Assembly (NCBI GenBank): GCA_900088475.1
Contig: FLMG01002456.1
Span: forward strand, 173,286-237,285
Source of the DNA: Hyphochytrium catenoides
Taxonomy: Eukaryota; Protista; Hyphochytriomycota
DNA: 64,000 bases
Direction of reading: 5' to 3'
The notes under the pieces are model-generated. The model was not told where the DNA came from. It made no database searches and saw only the letters and a list, made by a program, of their open reading frames with translations. The position numbers were made by a program, and so were the translations under genes. Below are positions 38,701 through 53,798 of this stretch, in pieces (the first letter of the stretch is position 1; every line of letters begins with the position of its first letter).

Positions 38701-39476
38701 TCCGATACTTTTCATTGCGCAATGAACTTACAGAAGCTGGTTCTATTTCCGCACTATTTTTCCTATGAAAGCTGATTCAAGGCAACCCATCCTGCTCCGC
38801 TTTGGTCTCATCTAACACTATGCTGTCCACTTTTATGACCTCAAATTCACCTCTCGAAGGAAAGATGCGCTCCCGAGCGCACCTCACTGTCCGCGTCGAC
38901 TGGAATTTGTCTGTCCACCGTCTGCCTCTGTCTTCTTCTTGTGTCCTCCCTTCCTGCCCTCCTTTCCACATGAAAAGCGGCAGCGCTGATAAAAATTCTT
39001 CAGCTCTCAAGGGCAAAGCTGTTATAAATTAGAAAGGCTCAACTCCCTCTGGCTATAGAGACATTGTACCTGCTGTGTATTGTTACTGCTTGCCGCGACG
39101 TGCCGTGACCCACACAGAAGACTATCATTTACAGCGCTCAATGCCTCATGCGAAAAGTACATTCTGCAGCTTTAGTCTAAGTCCTAGCAGTTGTGCCTTG
39201 TAGGCACATATCAAGCCTCCTTGATTGTTGTCCCTTGCTGGTGAAGACCTGCTCTGAGTGGCCTCGCTACCCAGGGGAAAGAAACGAGCAGTAGACGGAC
39301 TATCTGGGCCTATCCTGTTAACCCTCGGTGACTGAGTTTTGCTTTTACTGGACTAGCAGCTGTTACTGTCACTGAGGTTGTCTTCCTCTTGCTAGTCGAA
39401 GTGAGTCCTCTGGAACCTAATAGTTGCCCGCGGTGTGCAACTATCGTTGCTGAGGTGAGAGTTATCGAACTCAAAC

Positions 39477-40621
39477 ATGGACCAAGAGTCCAGCGTCCGA
39501 ACTTTTAGAAGACTCTCGACTTTCGGAGAACGATGGGGCCTGTCGGACCTTTATTGGTGGATTATCATTGGCGGCGGGGCCCTTCTCCTGGTGCTTCTAT
39601 TTGTCATAGCACTTTGCTGCTGTGTCAGATCGGCAAAGAAGAAGGGTTCTGAACGAGCTAGAGAGGAAGCCAGAAGGGTATGATGCCTTATTAATCCGGA
39701 AAGTGAAAATGAGCTTACACAGCGTTGTACTTGCGTCGTCTGCAGATTCAGGAAGAGCAACGGAGGATCCTTCTTCAGCGCCAGGCCCGAGAGCAGGAGC
39801 TCCAGGTATCCGTGATAACATGGCCCAAAATGACAATTGGGTTAAGCGATCGCTGATTGATTGTGTCTGCAGCAACAAGCAGCTTTAAACTCTACATACG
39901 CACCCCCACATTTACCATCTGTCAGTCAGGGTTACTCCAGCAACAACCTTAATCTAAAACCCACTAGCGCTTACTCAGGTATTAGCTTCATATGTCGACT
40001 GGAATCGATGGCCACATGCTCACCCTACATATCGCAGTTGCTGCACCTCCTCCGGTTCCCGTAAAGCCCCCTCCTTTCTATACAAGTAAGTGAACTTGAA
40101 GCTTAAAGAGGGTTAGTTTTCTTTAGAGCACTTTCACCTAACACGCTTTAACTCCACCAAAAAAAATAGCTGAGGAAGACCGTGACAGTCGCGCGGTGCA
40201 CGAGCGTATCGAGATGCTCCGCCACAGAGCTGAGTTGTCAGAGGGTCATGAAGGGCAATCGGTACTAATGGAGCATGGCAGGAGAGATTATAATGGACAG
40301 GAATATACCAATTCCAGCCAACCATACTCCCAGCAGCCTCTCTATGGGCAAACATCAGTGGCAAACCCAGTGCCAGCAAGATACAATATTAGAGAACAGT
40401 ACAATCAGCCGGTCCACGAGAATGGTCAAGTATCAGGACAGGGCACCTATGACAAGCGCTCACAGCAGGGTTACGGACAGCAGTATCAGCCAGCTGGCGA
40501 GTATCACAATGGCCCCAGCGAGTACAATCCAGATTACTCTTATCATCAACAGACGCAGGCTGCAGTGCCTCCAGTTGAGCGTAAAGTTAGGGCGACATCC
40601 GATGGCTCGATAGAGTTCTAA
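39477..40621 (+). CDS. Single-pass membrane protein with a juxtamembrane CCC and a Gln/Tyr/Pro-rich tail (multi-exon)
   Basis: TM WWIIIGGGALLLVLLFVIAL followed by CCCVRSAKKK; GT-AG introns; low-complexity final exon ending DGSIEF*. Confidence 0.65.
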
Positions 40622-40991
40622 TAAATCGCCATTGTACTTTACTTTGATGGGCCTGCCACCAGGCTTTCGGAGCGATGCCTTGAGGTTAAGGTTACCCAGC
40701 TTTTTCCGCAAGCGCTCTGCTCTTTAATGTTGTCTTCCTATCCAAGCAGACTTTCCATCCCGAACAAGTGCCGTCGGCCACTACAGTGTACCACAGTGGC
40801 ATGGACTTCTTCCACATTCCTGTTTTTCCTGTCTGGTGTCCCCTGTGCCCTTCAGTCTAAGTTCTCGACGCGCTAACTCCGACGTTTAGGCTAGATCTTT
40901 GGTACTGGCCTGCTACGTACCAAAGTAACCGTACTAGCTTGACACCCTTTGATTACAGTAGACAAGGGTTGCATAGGTTGCCTTTCATTGT

Positions 40992-42098
40992 TTAGCAACA
41001 CGACCAACTACTTCCCTCTTGTGCTCGACTTTCGGCTGGCTGTACCACATCTTTCCTCTTCGGTCGAGGCGCGAGGAAAATATCTCTATGACTTAGTGTT
41101 CCTCGCACTAGGGCTCTCGCTGATTCGTCCAGGTTCGTGTTGAGCTTGGCTGATGTTTCAAACCTTGGCGAAATGGTAAGCATTAGTCGGCGAATGAAGC
41201 CAACCAGGCGAAGGTTGGGTTTGCCATACCATCCTAGAAAGCCGTTCGTTGTGCAGTACGAGTCAAGAAACTCTAAATCGGGCTTCGAGGCTGCGATATC
41301 AGACTAGTGGGAAAAGTTAGGAGAAGGTGAGGTACCCAAGATACAGGGCAGACAGCATAGTAAAGTGTGACTGTCATAGTTCAAAGCTAACCTTGTTTGC
41401 GCACAAAACCACCGGTAGAGCCTTTCCATTAGGAAGAAGCACCTAAAAGAGATGGCTCTTCTCAGTGGGCCTTCTAGAATCATTAGCATAACCAGAATCT
41501 CACCTTAGTGTCAATTTCTTCCTTCCACTGTTTAGAGTTTAGGCGCAGTAAATGGCGTAAAGACCGCAGACAGTTAACCTTTTGGTGGCACTTGAAATAG
41601 AGTATATGCACTGAGATCTCTACCTTTTGGATACTCTCAAAAGTCTCTGGTCGGGACATGTCGTACACTAGTAATGCTCCCAAAGCGTCCTTGTAGTAGA
41701 CCTAAGGTCATGACCCAGGCTCGGTCAGAAGCAATTTTGAAGGTCTGGAGCCTTGACCAAGCCCTTTTCCATAGCTCTCACCCTATTCAGAGCCCGAAAA
41801 TGTTCTTGTCCAGCTATGTCCCAGAGCTGCAGCCGGACAGTGGTGCCATCTACTGTCACGGCCTTAAGTGCAAAGTCCACTCCGATGGTGGTCTTGTGGT
41901 GCTCAGAGAAAACATCGTGGACGTATCTAAACATATACCATGTGTAAGGTGGGTATTTTAGCCCGACGAGCTCACAGCCCACCTCTTGATTATGCTTGTC
42001 TTCCCCGTGGCGGGATCTCCTAGCACCAGGACCTTCAGCACCGCGTCCTGAGCTTCATCCACGCGGCGGTTGACGCTTGTCTGTGATGAGGACATCAT
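40992..42098 (-). CDS. RAB32: Rab GTPase of the Rab32/38/Rab29 group (multi-exon)
   Basis: [24 protein letters not shown], diagnostic [34 protein letters not shown]-terminal CC prenylation motif. Confidence 0.9.
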
Positions 42099-42804
42099 AA
42101 CCCCAAGCGCCTTCTGATTTGGACCCTTATCGATGGAGCTCCCTGCCTGAGGAAGAGAAGAATCTCCACTCTAGCATTCAGAGCCAGAAGGGGTAGGGCT
42201 CAGAAATCGGACCACTGATGACCCTGCCGACTGCAGACAGAGAAGAAGGCACACTACTAATGGATATTGCAGGCACTGTTGCTGCTGACAGAGATCAGAA
42301 ACTTCGATCTTCGATAAACTTGTAATAGTACGGGCCGAGGGTTTCCCAAGTCCCCCTCTATTGATTAGGCTGTGCTGTCCTCCTCATATTACCACACCAG
42401 AGGTAGTGTTCAGGGATGATTGTTCTGAGTTCTTGCCTTCTGAAGCTTGTTGGGTTTTGCTTTAGAGCATGATGACTGCCAACAACGGCACATTATTGCC
42501 TGCTGAGAGGGCATGGAGCTTGTGTGCGCACGGGGCCAACAATGCGACCCATGGCAAATAACCAGCCACCTTCAATCGCGAACAAAGGTAGAGCCTAAGG
42601 ATCAATAGAGCTTTTGTCGCGTTTTGGGGAAGAGAAGAAGAGGGATTGACGATAATCGTGTCAGTGAAAGGCCATCATCAGGACTGAGCAGGTGCCCTTG
42701 ACATGGCCTCTGCGGAGTCCCACGCCAAATGATTGAGCCCAGAAAGTGAACATCAAGCTGCCCCGTACACTGTAGAAAGTGGTAAGTGATTAGTTTACAT
42801 CTTG

Positions 42805-45459
42805 TTACTTAGGTGCTGATTGGGCCTGAACTACAGGGCCTTGAAGGTCTTCTCCTTTGACGTGACGGTAGCTGATTATAGTCTTCCACACCTCCTCCTC
42901 GGCATTGTCGACCCTAGCGGCCTTGGCAAGCTCTGTATACGTCTCGTTTGCAACCGTCACGTCTAGCTCATTGAGGACAATAACCCCTCGAAGAGCAGGA
43001 CGCCACATCCCTTCTCGCAGGAGCAATTTCACGTACAAGTAGAGCCTATTCTCTGGCGGCAAAGGAAGCGGGCTCTCCATAACCGCCGACATCGCCTCTA
43101 GTGCTTCTTCCTTCCGTCCCAAGGCCCAGTAGCAGTCAATCGCAATGTCGTAGATGGTGCTAGCAGCCAATAAATCGCCCGTCAGCGCCGTATCTTTCTC
43201 TTGTGTCCGCAATCTCCGATGTAGAGTCTTGAGGAAGCTTGTCATGGCAGTAGAGTCCGAAAGATCCAGAGCTACGGGTAGAGTCATACTTTTGTCTAGC
43301 TCAGGCGTTGGGTTATTGGGCGTGATGTAGCGTCCAGTGGCTGGTGCCCATCTGTTGGAGCAACTCGGAAACTTCTCCAGCGGAAGGTCCCGCAAAGTGC
43401 AAAGCAACCCCTTGTCGATTACTGAGACTGCCTCAATGTGGCGACCCGCTGTTTTGCAAGCAGCCAATGCCGTAGCATAGCAAGCCATATGGAGACAGCC
43501 CTTTTCATGAAACCTTTCTAGCACCTGGAATGCGTCTTGATAGCGCCCTTTCTTTAGCAGAGCACCCACAGCTAGCTACAGAGACAGAAGCAAGGGTTCT
43601 TAGCACCCAGAGCCCACCTTCACTGGTTATCAGACCCTTACCTCAACGTGACGGATGGTCAAATGAGCGCTTGTGTCCAGTGCATGATTTATCATAGCTA
43701 AAGCACGGTCGCTAGCGCCGTCGCGGAGGCATAAGCGGAGAAGGTCATCTCGAAGTCCCTCAGACGGTCTGAGTTCCATATAGTGTTGGTCCCAAAGTGC
43801 CCAGAGACTTGAACGGAAGTTGCCCTTCAGTAGTGTCTGGAAGGTAAAGTGGCTCGGGACTATCCCGTCCTGTATCATCTTGTCCACTAGCGTCTTCACA
43901 GTTTTCTCTGAGGCGCCTTTTTCAATCTCTAAGGAAAGAAGGGGGTCAAACATACTGAATGGTCTGAACTTGGTAGAGTACGGAAAGGTATCGCTTACCC
44001 CTCTCCAATATGATGTCCCACGTATACACGTCTCTTGGGACGCCTAGAGCATCCATGTTGTTCAAGAGAATCTCAAAGCGCGAGTCTCTTAGGTTGGAGC
44101 TATAGAGCCTTAAAATCGCACGATACGAGTAGATATCTAGCTTGATGCCGTTACTTGCTGCCATTTCAACTATTGTTGTGCAATGTTTCACACTCTCTGC
44201 CGCCACCGCCACCTTAAGAGCAATGGTATACATCATGCTAGAGCTGGGAAGATCGTGCTCTCTGCCAAGGAGGAATCTCAGAGCCTTGAATACGTGTTGA
44301 TGTGACGCTACACGTAATCTGGTTTTGACGTACCTAACATAAGCCAATATCCTAACGGCTTCCTCTGGATCTTGCTGAGATTTGCAGGCGTACAACGCGA
44401 GGTAGCAAAGGCTTGGCGTCAAGGTGACACCGGCATTTATGAGCTTCGACATGGCTTCAAGAATTGTTGCAGGTCTTCCTGTCTAAATAATCGGTAAAGA
44501 GGCCATCTTAGGAGAAGAACCGATGGAGAAGCTTGACAACAATAGCGAGGCACCTGCAAGAATGTTTTTAGAAGCTTCTCATAGCCGTCCCCTAGCGTAA
44601 CTTCCTTGTAAGGTATCTCCTTGAGTGCTTGATTGCGATACTTGCTCAAGGTCTCATGATCAAAAGCACGATACGCTGCCATAATTTGCAGAGCGCGGCT
44701 CCTTGGGGTTGGCTTTAGACCTACAGTAGGTGATTAGGGGTGATGTTTGAAGAGTTAGCTGACGTAACCTTACCCACCTGTATCTTCAAGTTCCTCAGCG
44801 GCTTTGACTGCCTGGCTGTGCATTCTAGTTCTTATTAGGCACTCAATGACCCAACAGAAAGTCTCAATGTCCGAGCGAAGACCCTTCGTCTTCATCTCTC
44901 TCACCAACGCCAAAGTTCGAGAGGCTTCGGCCCTGAGACAACAAAGCTCTAACGCCACATTATAATGCTGAGTAGTGGCACTGGGGTTACTCAATAAATG
45001 TCGGAGTAGGACGTCAGTGTCTAGGCATGATGCTTTGGAACTGCCCGGTCGTTGGTCACCGATTTTAGCGCCTACAAGTTTCTCAATTTTACGCTGAAGA
45101 ACTTGGTCGGAGCGCAGTTGATGTTGCTTCAGCGCGTGCTTTGCCAAGCGCTTTAGCTCCAGGCCAGCGTCGCTTGTATGCGTGCTCCTCACTGAACCTT
45201 TAGCAGGATCTCTTCGGGCTGGCGTGAATGGCACTCTTTTGCGAGGAGAACGTAGTTCCCTCGTCCTCAAAGGCCTCGCTGGCGGAGGCGGCGACCGTCC
45301 AGAAGTACGATCGTTAGCTACATCATCGATTACGCATGACTGCGCAGCAGCAAGTGTCTGATGCCCACATCGTTCTGCAGGACGGCTGCGTGCGACGACG
45401 TTCAACGACAAAGGTATCGAGCTGTAGAGCCGTGGAAGAAAGCCTTTCCGGTTAAGCAT
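42805..45459 (-). CDS. Pentatricopeptide-repeat (PPR) protein, probably organellar (multi-exon)
   Basis: Degenerate 35-aa repeats (HYNVALELC..EMKTKGLRSDIETF; YTIALKV..MAASNGIKLDIYSYRAIL; KMIQDGIVPSHFTFQTLL; CYATALAAC) and a basic N-terminal presequence-like region. Confidence 0.8.
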
Positions 45460-46492
45460 GGCTGTGCTCCGGTGAAAGGTTAAGTCTGCTCCCAATAAGG
45501 AAGGGAGGTGATGCGATAGTGTCAGAGAGGCGGAAGCCTGGGAGAGTAGTCAGCAAGCCCCATGATGTAGTGGGCCGCTCTCCTGCGTTGTCGCAGCTGT
45601 TTCTAGCAGCTTTTTTCAGCTACGACGTGGGATAGAGGAAGTCGATGGCAGTCAGAACTACATTCCAAGCCTTTGAAAGCGTCTCATAAGGTATACTTCT
45701 ATTGAGCTGACCACAGCTCGATGTTAGAGCCGCATTGCCTGTGACAGCAGTGGAAAGCGGAGTGGTCCCTTGCTGATGGCACACGCATCTGCAGCTTCCT
45801 TGCTTCGGCGATGTCAGGAGCGATGACGAGGAGGACTTGATGGCAGAGTAGCCGCAGACAGTTGAGCGCTAGGGAGGAGCCAGGGAGGAGGACTGCAGAA
45901 GGAGGCATTGACGTACTTCTGACTTCCGAAAGCTTCAAATAGTTCCAGATTTGCTTCAATGAAACTTATAGAAGAGCCATAATGAAGAAGGTAGTAAACA
46001 ATTCTTACTTTTCTAGTAACCTATAATTGATTTCGCCAAGGTAGAGAACCAGTGTAGTTGTACACCGGTGTTCAAGACAATAACTATCCCACCCATCCTT
46101 AAACTTATATAAGAGATACAGATTGACCTAACCACCCTCAGGACGGATGCCTGCACCAGCCGTCAGAGCTTCCTCCAGCTGGGTTTCGCCTTTGTTTTGT
46201 TTGTGCTTTTTGTTGATGTTTCTTGTCGTTTCAGTCTGCCTTCCATCAGGATGTGGATATCATGGTAACGCGAGAAGAGCTGGAGCTCCCTGCATGTTGA
46301 GGCAGGCGCACGCGAAGAGCTCCTTCTGATCCTCTCTTTCGTGTCCGAGGAGGACGAGGCAATAGCGTTTCTCGCTTCCTTCCTTTAGACCAGGCGTGCC
46401 TGAGGACTTGTAACAGCGGTCCTCTGTAGCTAGTCTGAGATAGTATGGGCATGGGAGAAGTTTAGGGCTAGGTTAGGTCGTGCTTAATCGTC

Positions 46493-48202
<1,710 letters not shown>

Positions 48203-48283
48203 CAAAGGTAGCTAGGTAGAAGAGCTAGAGATGGTAGTGAGTCGCAAGCTCTCTTCGCAGCGACATGGAGCCAAAGCAGTCAT

Positions 48284-49471
48284 TCAGACACTGGTAGTAC
48301 TTCGCGAGTGGTAGTGGAATAGCTTCAGACCATGGCCGTCGCAATGACCCGCGACTTCCATCGCGAGTTTATGGACCTCCGACTTCTCTGAGAGTAGCAA
48401 CTGTGTGTTGTGAGGGTGAGTCTTCAGTAAAGCAGCCCCACAATCCACGCTATTGTTGGCCTACCTCTTCAGGTAACAAGCCATCTTTTGCAACGCCTTG
48501 GATGAAGTTTCTCTCCCTGTTGAGGGAAGGACACATTAGAATGTGCAATTGGGCCAAGCCAGCAAGCGGCAGACAATACCTAGCAGGATATCTTTGGCGG
48601 TAACAGAGAATGAGCTCGGTCTCATCGGACTGAAGTGCCCCTATAGTGGACTTTAAGGACTCATAATGACTGTCATCATACAGTAAATCGCAGCCAATGA
48701 TAAGGTCAAAGGGTCCAAATTCTTCCCGAATAGTTTGAGCTGCTGGAAGATCGCCCCTAGGCAGGAGTGAGGTTGGTGATGATCACTTTGCTTATTGCGA
48801 CAAGCCTACCAGGTCAGTGGGAGCACGCAGATTGGATTGGGCAAGGTTTCTCTATGGCGATGGCAGTTCTGCTTTAGCACATCCAATATTGCAAGGTCTC
48901 CGTCTGTGGCCAAGACTTCCGCTCCTAGTATGCAGAAGTAAGAACAAAAGGGTCTGGTTGGCACGGCATCCCGCAGCCTTGAAGAAGAGGACAGCAGTAC
49001 CGTATAGCGCTGCTTGCAGGGACGCAACCCCAATGCCTGCTCCAAGCTCAATGATCCGCAAGTCTTCCATGCAAAGCTCTGATGCATGTTCTGAGGCCGT
49101 CTTGAGGCAGTAATGTCGGCAGAGATAGCTCAATAACAGCAAAGAGGAGTCCCATCTATTTTTTTTGGACGGAGGCAGAGATAAAAGCACCAATCCATGT
49201 TTAGTCCGACCGCACTGCAGTGCACTGTAGACTCAATAGCTTACAGTGCTCCTCCAGTGCCATCGGACAGCAGAAATGACTGTCGTAGGCCGAGCGTAGG
49301 CCCAGAAGGGAGAAACCGGACGTTAAGGAAGCTTTTTCCTTTTCGTTCTAAGTCTTCCGCTCTCTGGTCATAGAAATCACCGTCTTCTTCTGAGACGCAG
49401 CGATTACGGATCTCCACCTCCGCTTCGGCAGAGTTGAGTTCATCTTGATCGAGTTCAAGCTCGTGAGCCAT
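48284..49471 (-). CDS. Seven-beta-strand lysine methyltransferase (METTL21/22-like, Methyltransf_16 family), multi-exon
   Basis: TGGALWDSS, IIELGAGIG (motif I), VLATDGD, L.WG, FDLIIGCDLLYD. Confidence 0.87.
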
Positions 49472-49927
49472 CTTCGTCGTTCATCACAGAGCTTCCCTTG
49501 TCAGGGTCAAGTCCTTCTTCTCGTTGACTCTATCAAGAAATCTACAATCTCTCTGATATTTATAAACAACCTTTCTACAATTCACGTCCCACACTACATG
49601 TCAAGCATCGAACCTCCGTGTTGACCTCTTTGAGTCTCTTTGAAGCTCGACCCAAGAAGTCAGCAGCTTGTGAGCTTAGTCTGTGAGAAGGCAGAGGAAG
49701 AAGGGGTCCGAGATAGAAGATCGTTGTCGCTTGGGATGTGGCTCTCGAGGATTTCATTGTGGGAGGTTAGAAGGTGATGCCCCATCATAGCTCAAAAAAA
49801 ATGTCGCGGGAAGGTGGGGGAAAGAAGGAAGAAGCTGGGGGTTAGCGGGCCAGGCAGACTCGCTAACGCCTAGTAGCAGGTCTGGTGTGGGGTTGCATCA
49901 CCAGTCCGGATGAGAAAGGATTGAGGT

Positions 49928-52900
49928 ATGAAACGACACAACGGGGCCGAAGACAAAAGAGGAGGGAGCAGGAGGACGGACAACGGAGGAGCAGGGGAGG
50001 ATGAGTGTGAGCACCTCGATCCCGCGGAGGAAGAAGAGACAGGACAACCTAACGTTGATGAGAGGAGTTGCCAACATGATGAGCGCGGCAGTGGCGGAGA
50101 AGAAACCTGGCGACGGCTTCTTGTTGACACCCCACCACCTAGAGACATCCCAACTCATTATAATGCCCCGAGGAGCAGACCCTCTTTCACACCCTTCAAG
50201 GGTTTGAATAAGGAGCTAGCGGCAGGCGGTGGTGTCTGACTCTACTCAAGCGCTTCATTATCAAAAAGCTGGCTTCTACCGCCCAGCGCACCGGAAATAT
50301 GACGGCGGCTGCAGAACTTTTTGGTTGCGGAAGAGTATTTTATGGCGCCTTGGGCCCGCTAGCGCAGGAGAACCAAGCAGGGAATGGCTGCAATGCTCGG
50401 CTGAATTGCAGCTGCAAGTGTATGCGCACACCTCAGCGTCTGCAACTTCCAGCCGCAGCTAAGCGGCCCTCTGTGACCACCACGTCGTCCTGCAGCAGAC
50501 TTTCACGTTTTCCGGTTTCAAGCAATGGCTGCTCTTCTCGGCGGACAGCGGACGAGGAGCCGGAACAGATTGTTGCGGGGCGACATTGCACCCTAGTAAA
50601 GACAGGTACATGAACAAGGGCCTCAATAGTTCCCATTCTGCGTCCTCAGCGGCCACCTTTTGCCTTTGTGCTTAGGCGGCGGCGACGTGTATCAGTATGG
50701 CAGTCTCTACCACGACGCTCAGCACGAGCCTCGGCTCCTACTTTCTACGCATTCTTTCAGTGACGTGAAAGTGAGAGTTCTAGCGGCTGGGAGCCACCAC
50801 TGCCTGGCCCTCACAGGTAATTGACCTTCAACCGCCACCCCTGACGGTTGATCAGCGCTAACTTCAGCCTGCAGACGCACATCTGGTACTAAGCTGGGGA
50901 TGCGGGAGAGATGGACGGCTAGGGCATGGGGACCAGCGTGATCGTCGTTGGTAGACTATTTTCCTTTCACCTCTGGCGAGGAACAGGTTCTGACCTCCCT
51001 TTTAGGCCGGAGCCGATCAGGTCGCTTGCCCCAAAGACTCTCCAGGAGAAAGTCATCTTCGTTGCTGCAGGAGGATCTCACTCAGGCGTCTTGACCAGTT
51101 AGTACCTTGTTCACTTCTTTTATCTTCATATTGATCTGCTCAACTTATGCCGCCAATATAGCGTCTGGAAGCGCTTACCTCTGGGGCTCAAATCGACACT
51201 TTGAGGTCTGTACTGCACCAGAGCCGTGTATTCTTAATCCAACTTACCTCGGGGCAATAGATGAGACCTCTGGCCAACATCTTAAAGGCTCGAGGCTGGT
51301 CTTCGGGTAAGATAGCACCGGTGAACCTTAGAGCAGGGATAAGGAGGTAGACCAAACTCATTAAATTCCGCTCCTGCGCACCCAGCACAAATCACACAGC
51401 TCTAATTACCAGCGATACTGGTCACCTGTACACCTGGGGTTCAGGGGCCGATGGCAGGTAGGACAGCTCCACTTGTCGTCATTACTGGCCGCTGCGTCTT
51501 TCCTGGCAGTCTTCGGTCATCCATCGACTTGCTTTGTCTACGAAAGCTACCTGGTTGGCCCTTAAACCAATCCTCCACTACCCTATCACAGGCTAGGGCA
51601 CCCTGAGCCTTACCACCAGGTGCAGTATCCCAAGCGCGTGCCATTCTTTGGAAGCTTTACGGTGAAGACTGTTGCTCTCGGGGCGGCTCACACATTGGCA
51701 CTCACCTTTGATCAGGTAATAATATGGTCTGCTTCACAGCGGACGTATATAGTTTCATTGCCCTACCTCAGAAATTGGTTGCCGCCTTCACGTCTCTCAC
51801 GGTGATCCTTAGCTCTCGTTTGCCTTTCTTGACTTCGATCCCTTCTGTCACACACGATGAGTATGTTTAATTCCAGCCTGCTTGTTCCCCTTGCCTTTTG
51901 ATCTTCCTGCTCCTTCTGACTCCTCCCTTTCTAGAGTTCGCTTTTATATCACTATTATCTGTTAGTACTGTCTTGATCGTTTTCTGTCCTCCATTTACTT
52001 CACCTAATGATGCGCCAAGCTGCTGGATTAGATGCCTGATAATGTTAATGCGCGTAGATGGTTTACAGCTGGGGCTGCAATGACCAAGGCCAATGTGGTC
52101 ATGCCCCCACGTACCAGTCCAGTCGTGTCCCTGTGAAGGTTGAAGCACTATTTGGCCATAGGATCCTACAGGTTCCAAAGTCAGGCCTAGTTACTCCTAA
52201 AGAGTCCTGAATATTAATCCTTTTACCCACATCTGCGCGCAGATAGCCTGCGGCCCTTCAAGCTCTGCCGCCATCTCTGGTACTGGAGAACTGCTAGTCT
52301 GGGGGTGTAATGACGGTGGATGGCTAGGCGCCGATGGGCATGATGGCTCCGGGATTTCAAGTTCGGCTTTCGACAGTGCCCACAATATTCTCACTCCTGT
52401 ACCGGTCAGGACCAGTGAAGGTATGGATGACTCTCTCCTTACAAGGATTTTGGCCTTTAGATTTCTCATCGTGCTGCAAACCTAGCCCTTTCGTCGCGAG
52501 TTATTGGCGTGGCGCTGGGAGGGGAGCATATGGTATTTCTACAGCGGCCATCACTTGGGACTACTGGCCTTCAGAATCAAGATTTTGATGTCTATCAGCA
52601 GCAGCCCTCGTCGTTGGTGACGTGGGACAAACGAAGGGATTCAAGTGATGCAACACATGCAACACACAATCATGGTCCTCCTACAAGAAGCATAATAGAA
52701 TTCGTCTCCCAGGCCAAAACTGAATGCATCACACTGAGGGCGAAACAGAGCCCGTATAAGGCGACACTCAGTCAGAACTTCGCGCGATCTACCTCTTCAT
52801 ATTCGGAAGACTCATCCGACCTCTTTTACTCGGATGAAGGAAGTAACGATTGCCAAGTCGCACCGCACCCGGTTGGAGGAAAGCGGCTTTCGGACCCGGC

Positions 52901-53798
52901 GAATTGTTCCGCCGATCATGCCCCTAAACCTTCAGGGCTCTCGCTACCGGACAACCCTTTGCCATCTTCAAGAGAACGCCGCCTAATAGCTGCCTACTTA
53001 AGTCTACACCCAGACTGGACTGCGCTCTACGGGAATGGTGAAACAGGCGAGTGCACTAAGCCGCCAGTAGGTTGGAAGCAACAAGGATCGGGGATGCAAT
53101 CCCCAGAGCTGGAATCGACCGACATAGAGCGGAAAAACGACGCGAATAAGCTTTTCGATGCCATACGGGATGCCCAGGTAGCGGATGTCGTGGACTTGTT
53201 GAAAGAGGGAAATGGAGGACTAACACGGTGAGGCAAGCATTGAGGGCATAACTGGCTTTCCGGACGACATGCATCTAAGCTAAGACCTCTTACAGGGATG
53301 AGTCTGGGAATACTGCTCTTCACATGGTAGCCCGTGCTAACAGGCTGGCTTTGGTCCCCGTTTGCATCAAATACGGGGTGCCCATAAACAGTTATAACGT
53401 GAGCAGCAACTATTCTGCCCCATCAATGCACCTCTTACTTTGGTGCTTTTTACGTCCCTCTATTGCCTTCAGATCTTTTCTTACATGCCCTTGGCTCTCC
53501 CTCCATCTTCCCTCTATTCACCCTCTAACTTCCCTCTTATTGTTCGACCTTCACGGCCCTTCAATTCTTCTCCTTGTTGCGTATTATCACAATGTTCCTA
53601 TTGCTCCTTAACATTCCCCCTACCTGCTTCCAAAAGGCAAATGGCGAGACTCCCCTTCATATTAGCTATAAACGAGGATTTTACTCGTGCGCTGAAGTGC
53701 TGAAGCGTTGGGGTGCGGACGACTCTCTTTTAGATTCAGAGGGAAACACATGTTATGAATTGGAGCACGAGGATGGATCCCCGACCACCATGGTCTAG
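49928..53798 (+). CDS. RCC1-repeat beta-propeller plus C-terminal ankyrin repeats (multi-exon; start may be 50299)
   Basis: LAAGSHHCLAL..SWGCGRDGRLGHG, VAAGGSHSG, YTWGSGADGRLGH, VALGAAHTLAL, SWGCNDQGQCGH. Ankyrin: DESGNTALHMVA, NGETPLHIS..WGAD..DSEGNT. Confidence 0.85.

Noticed and set aside
40897-40925. 9-bp inverted repeat CTTTGGTAC/GTACCAAAG downstream of Rab32 as a terminator or ncRNA
   Set aside because: A stem this short is expected by chance in 64 kb. There is no U-tract or other support.
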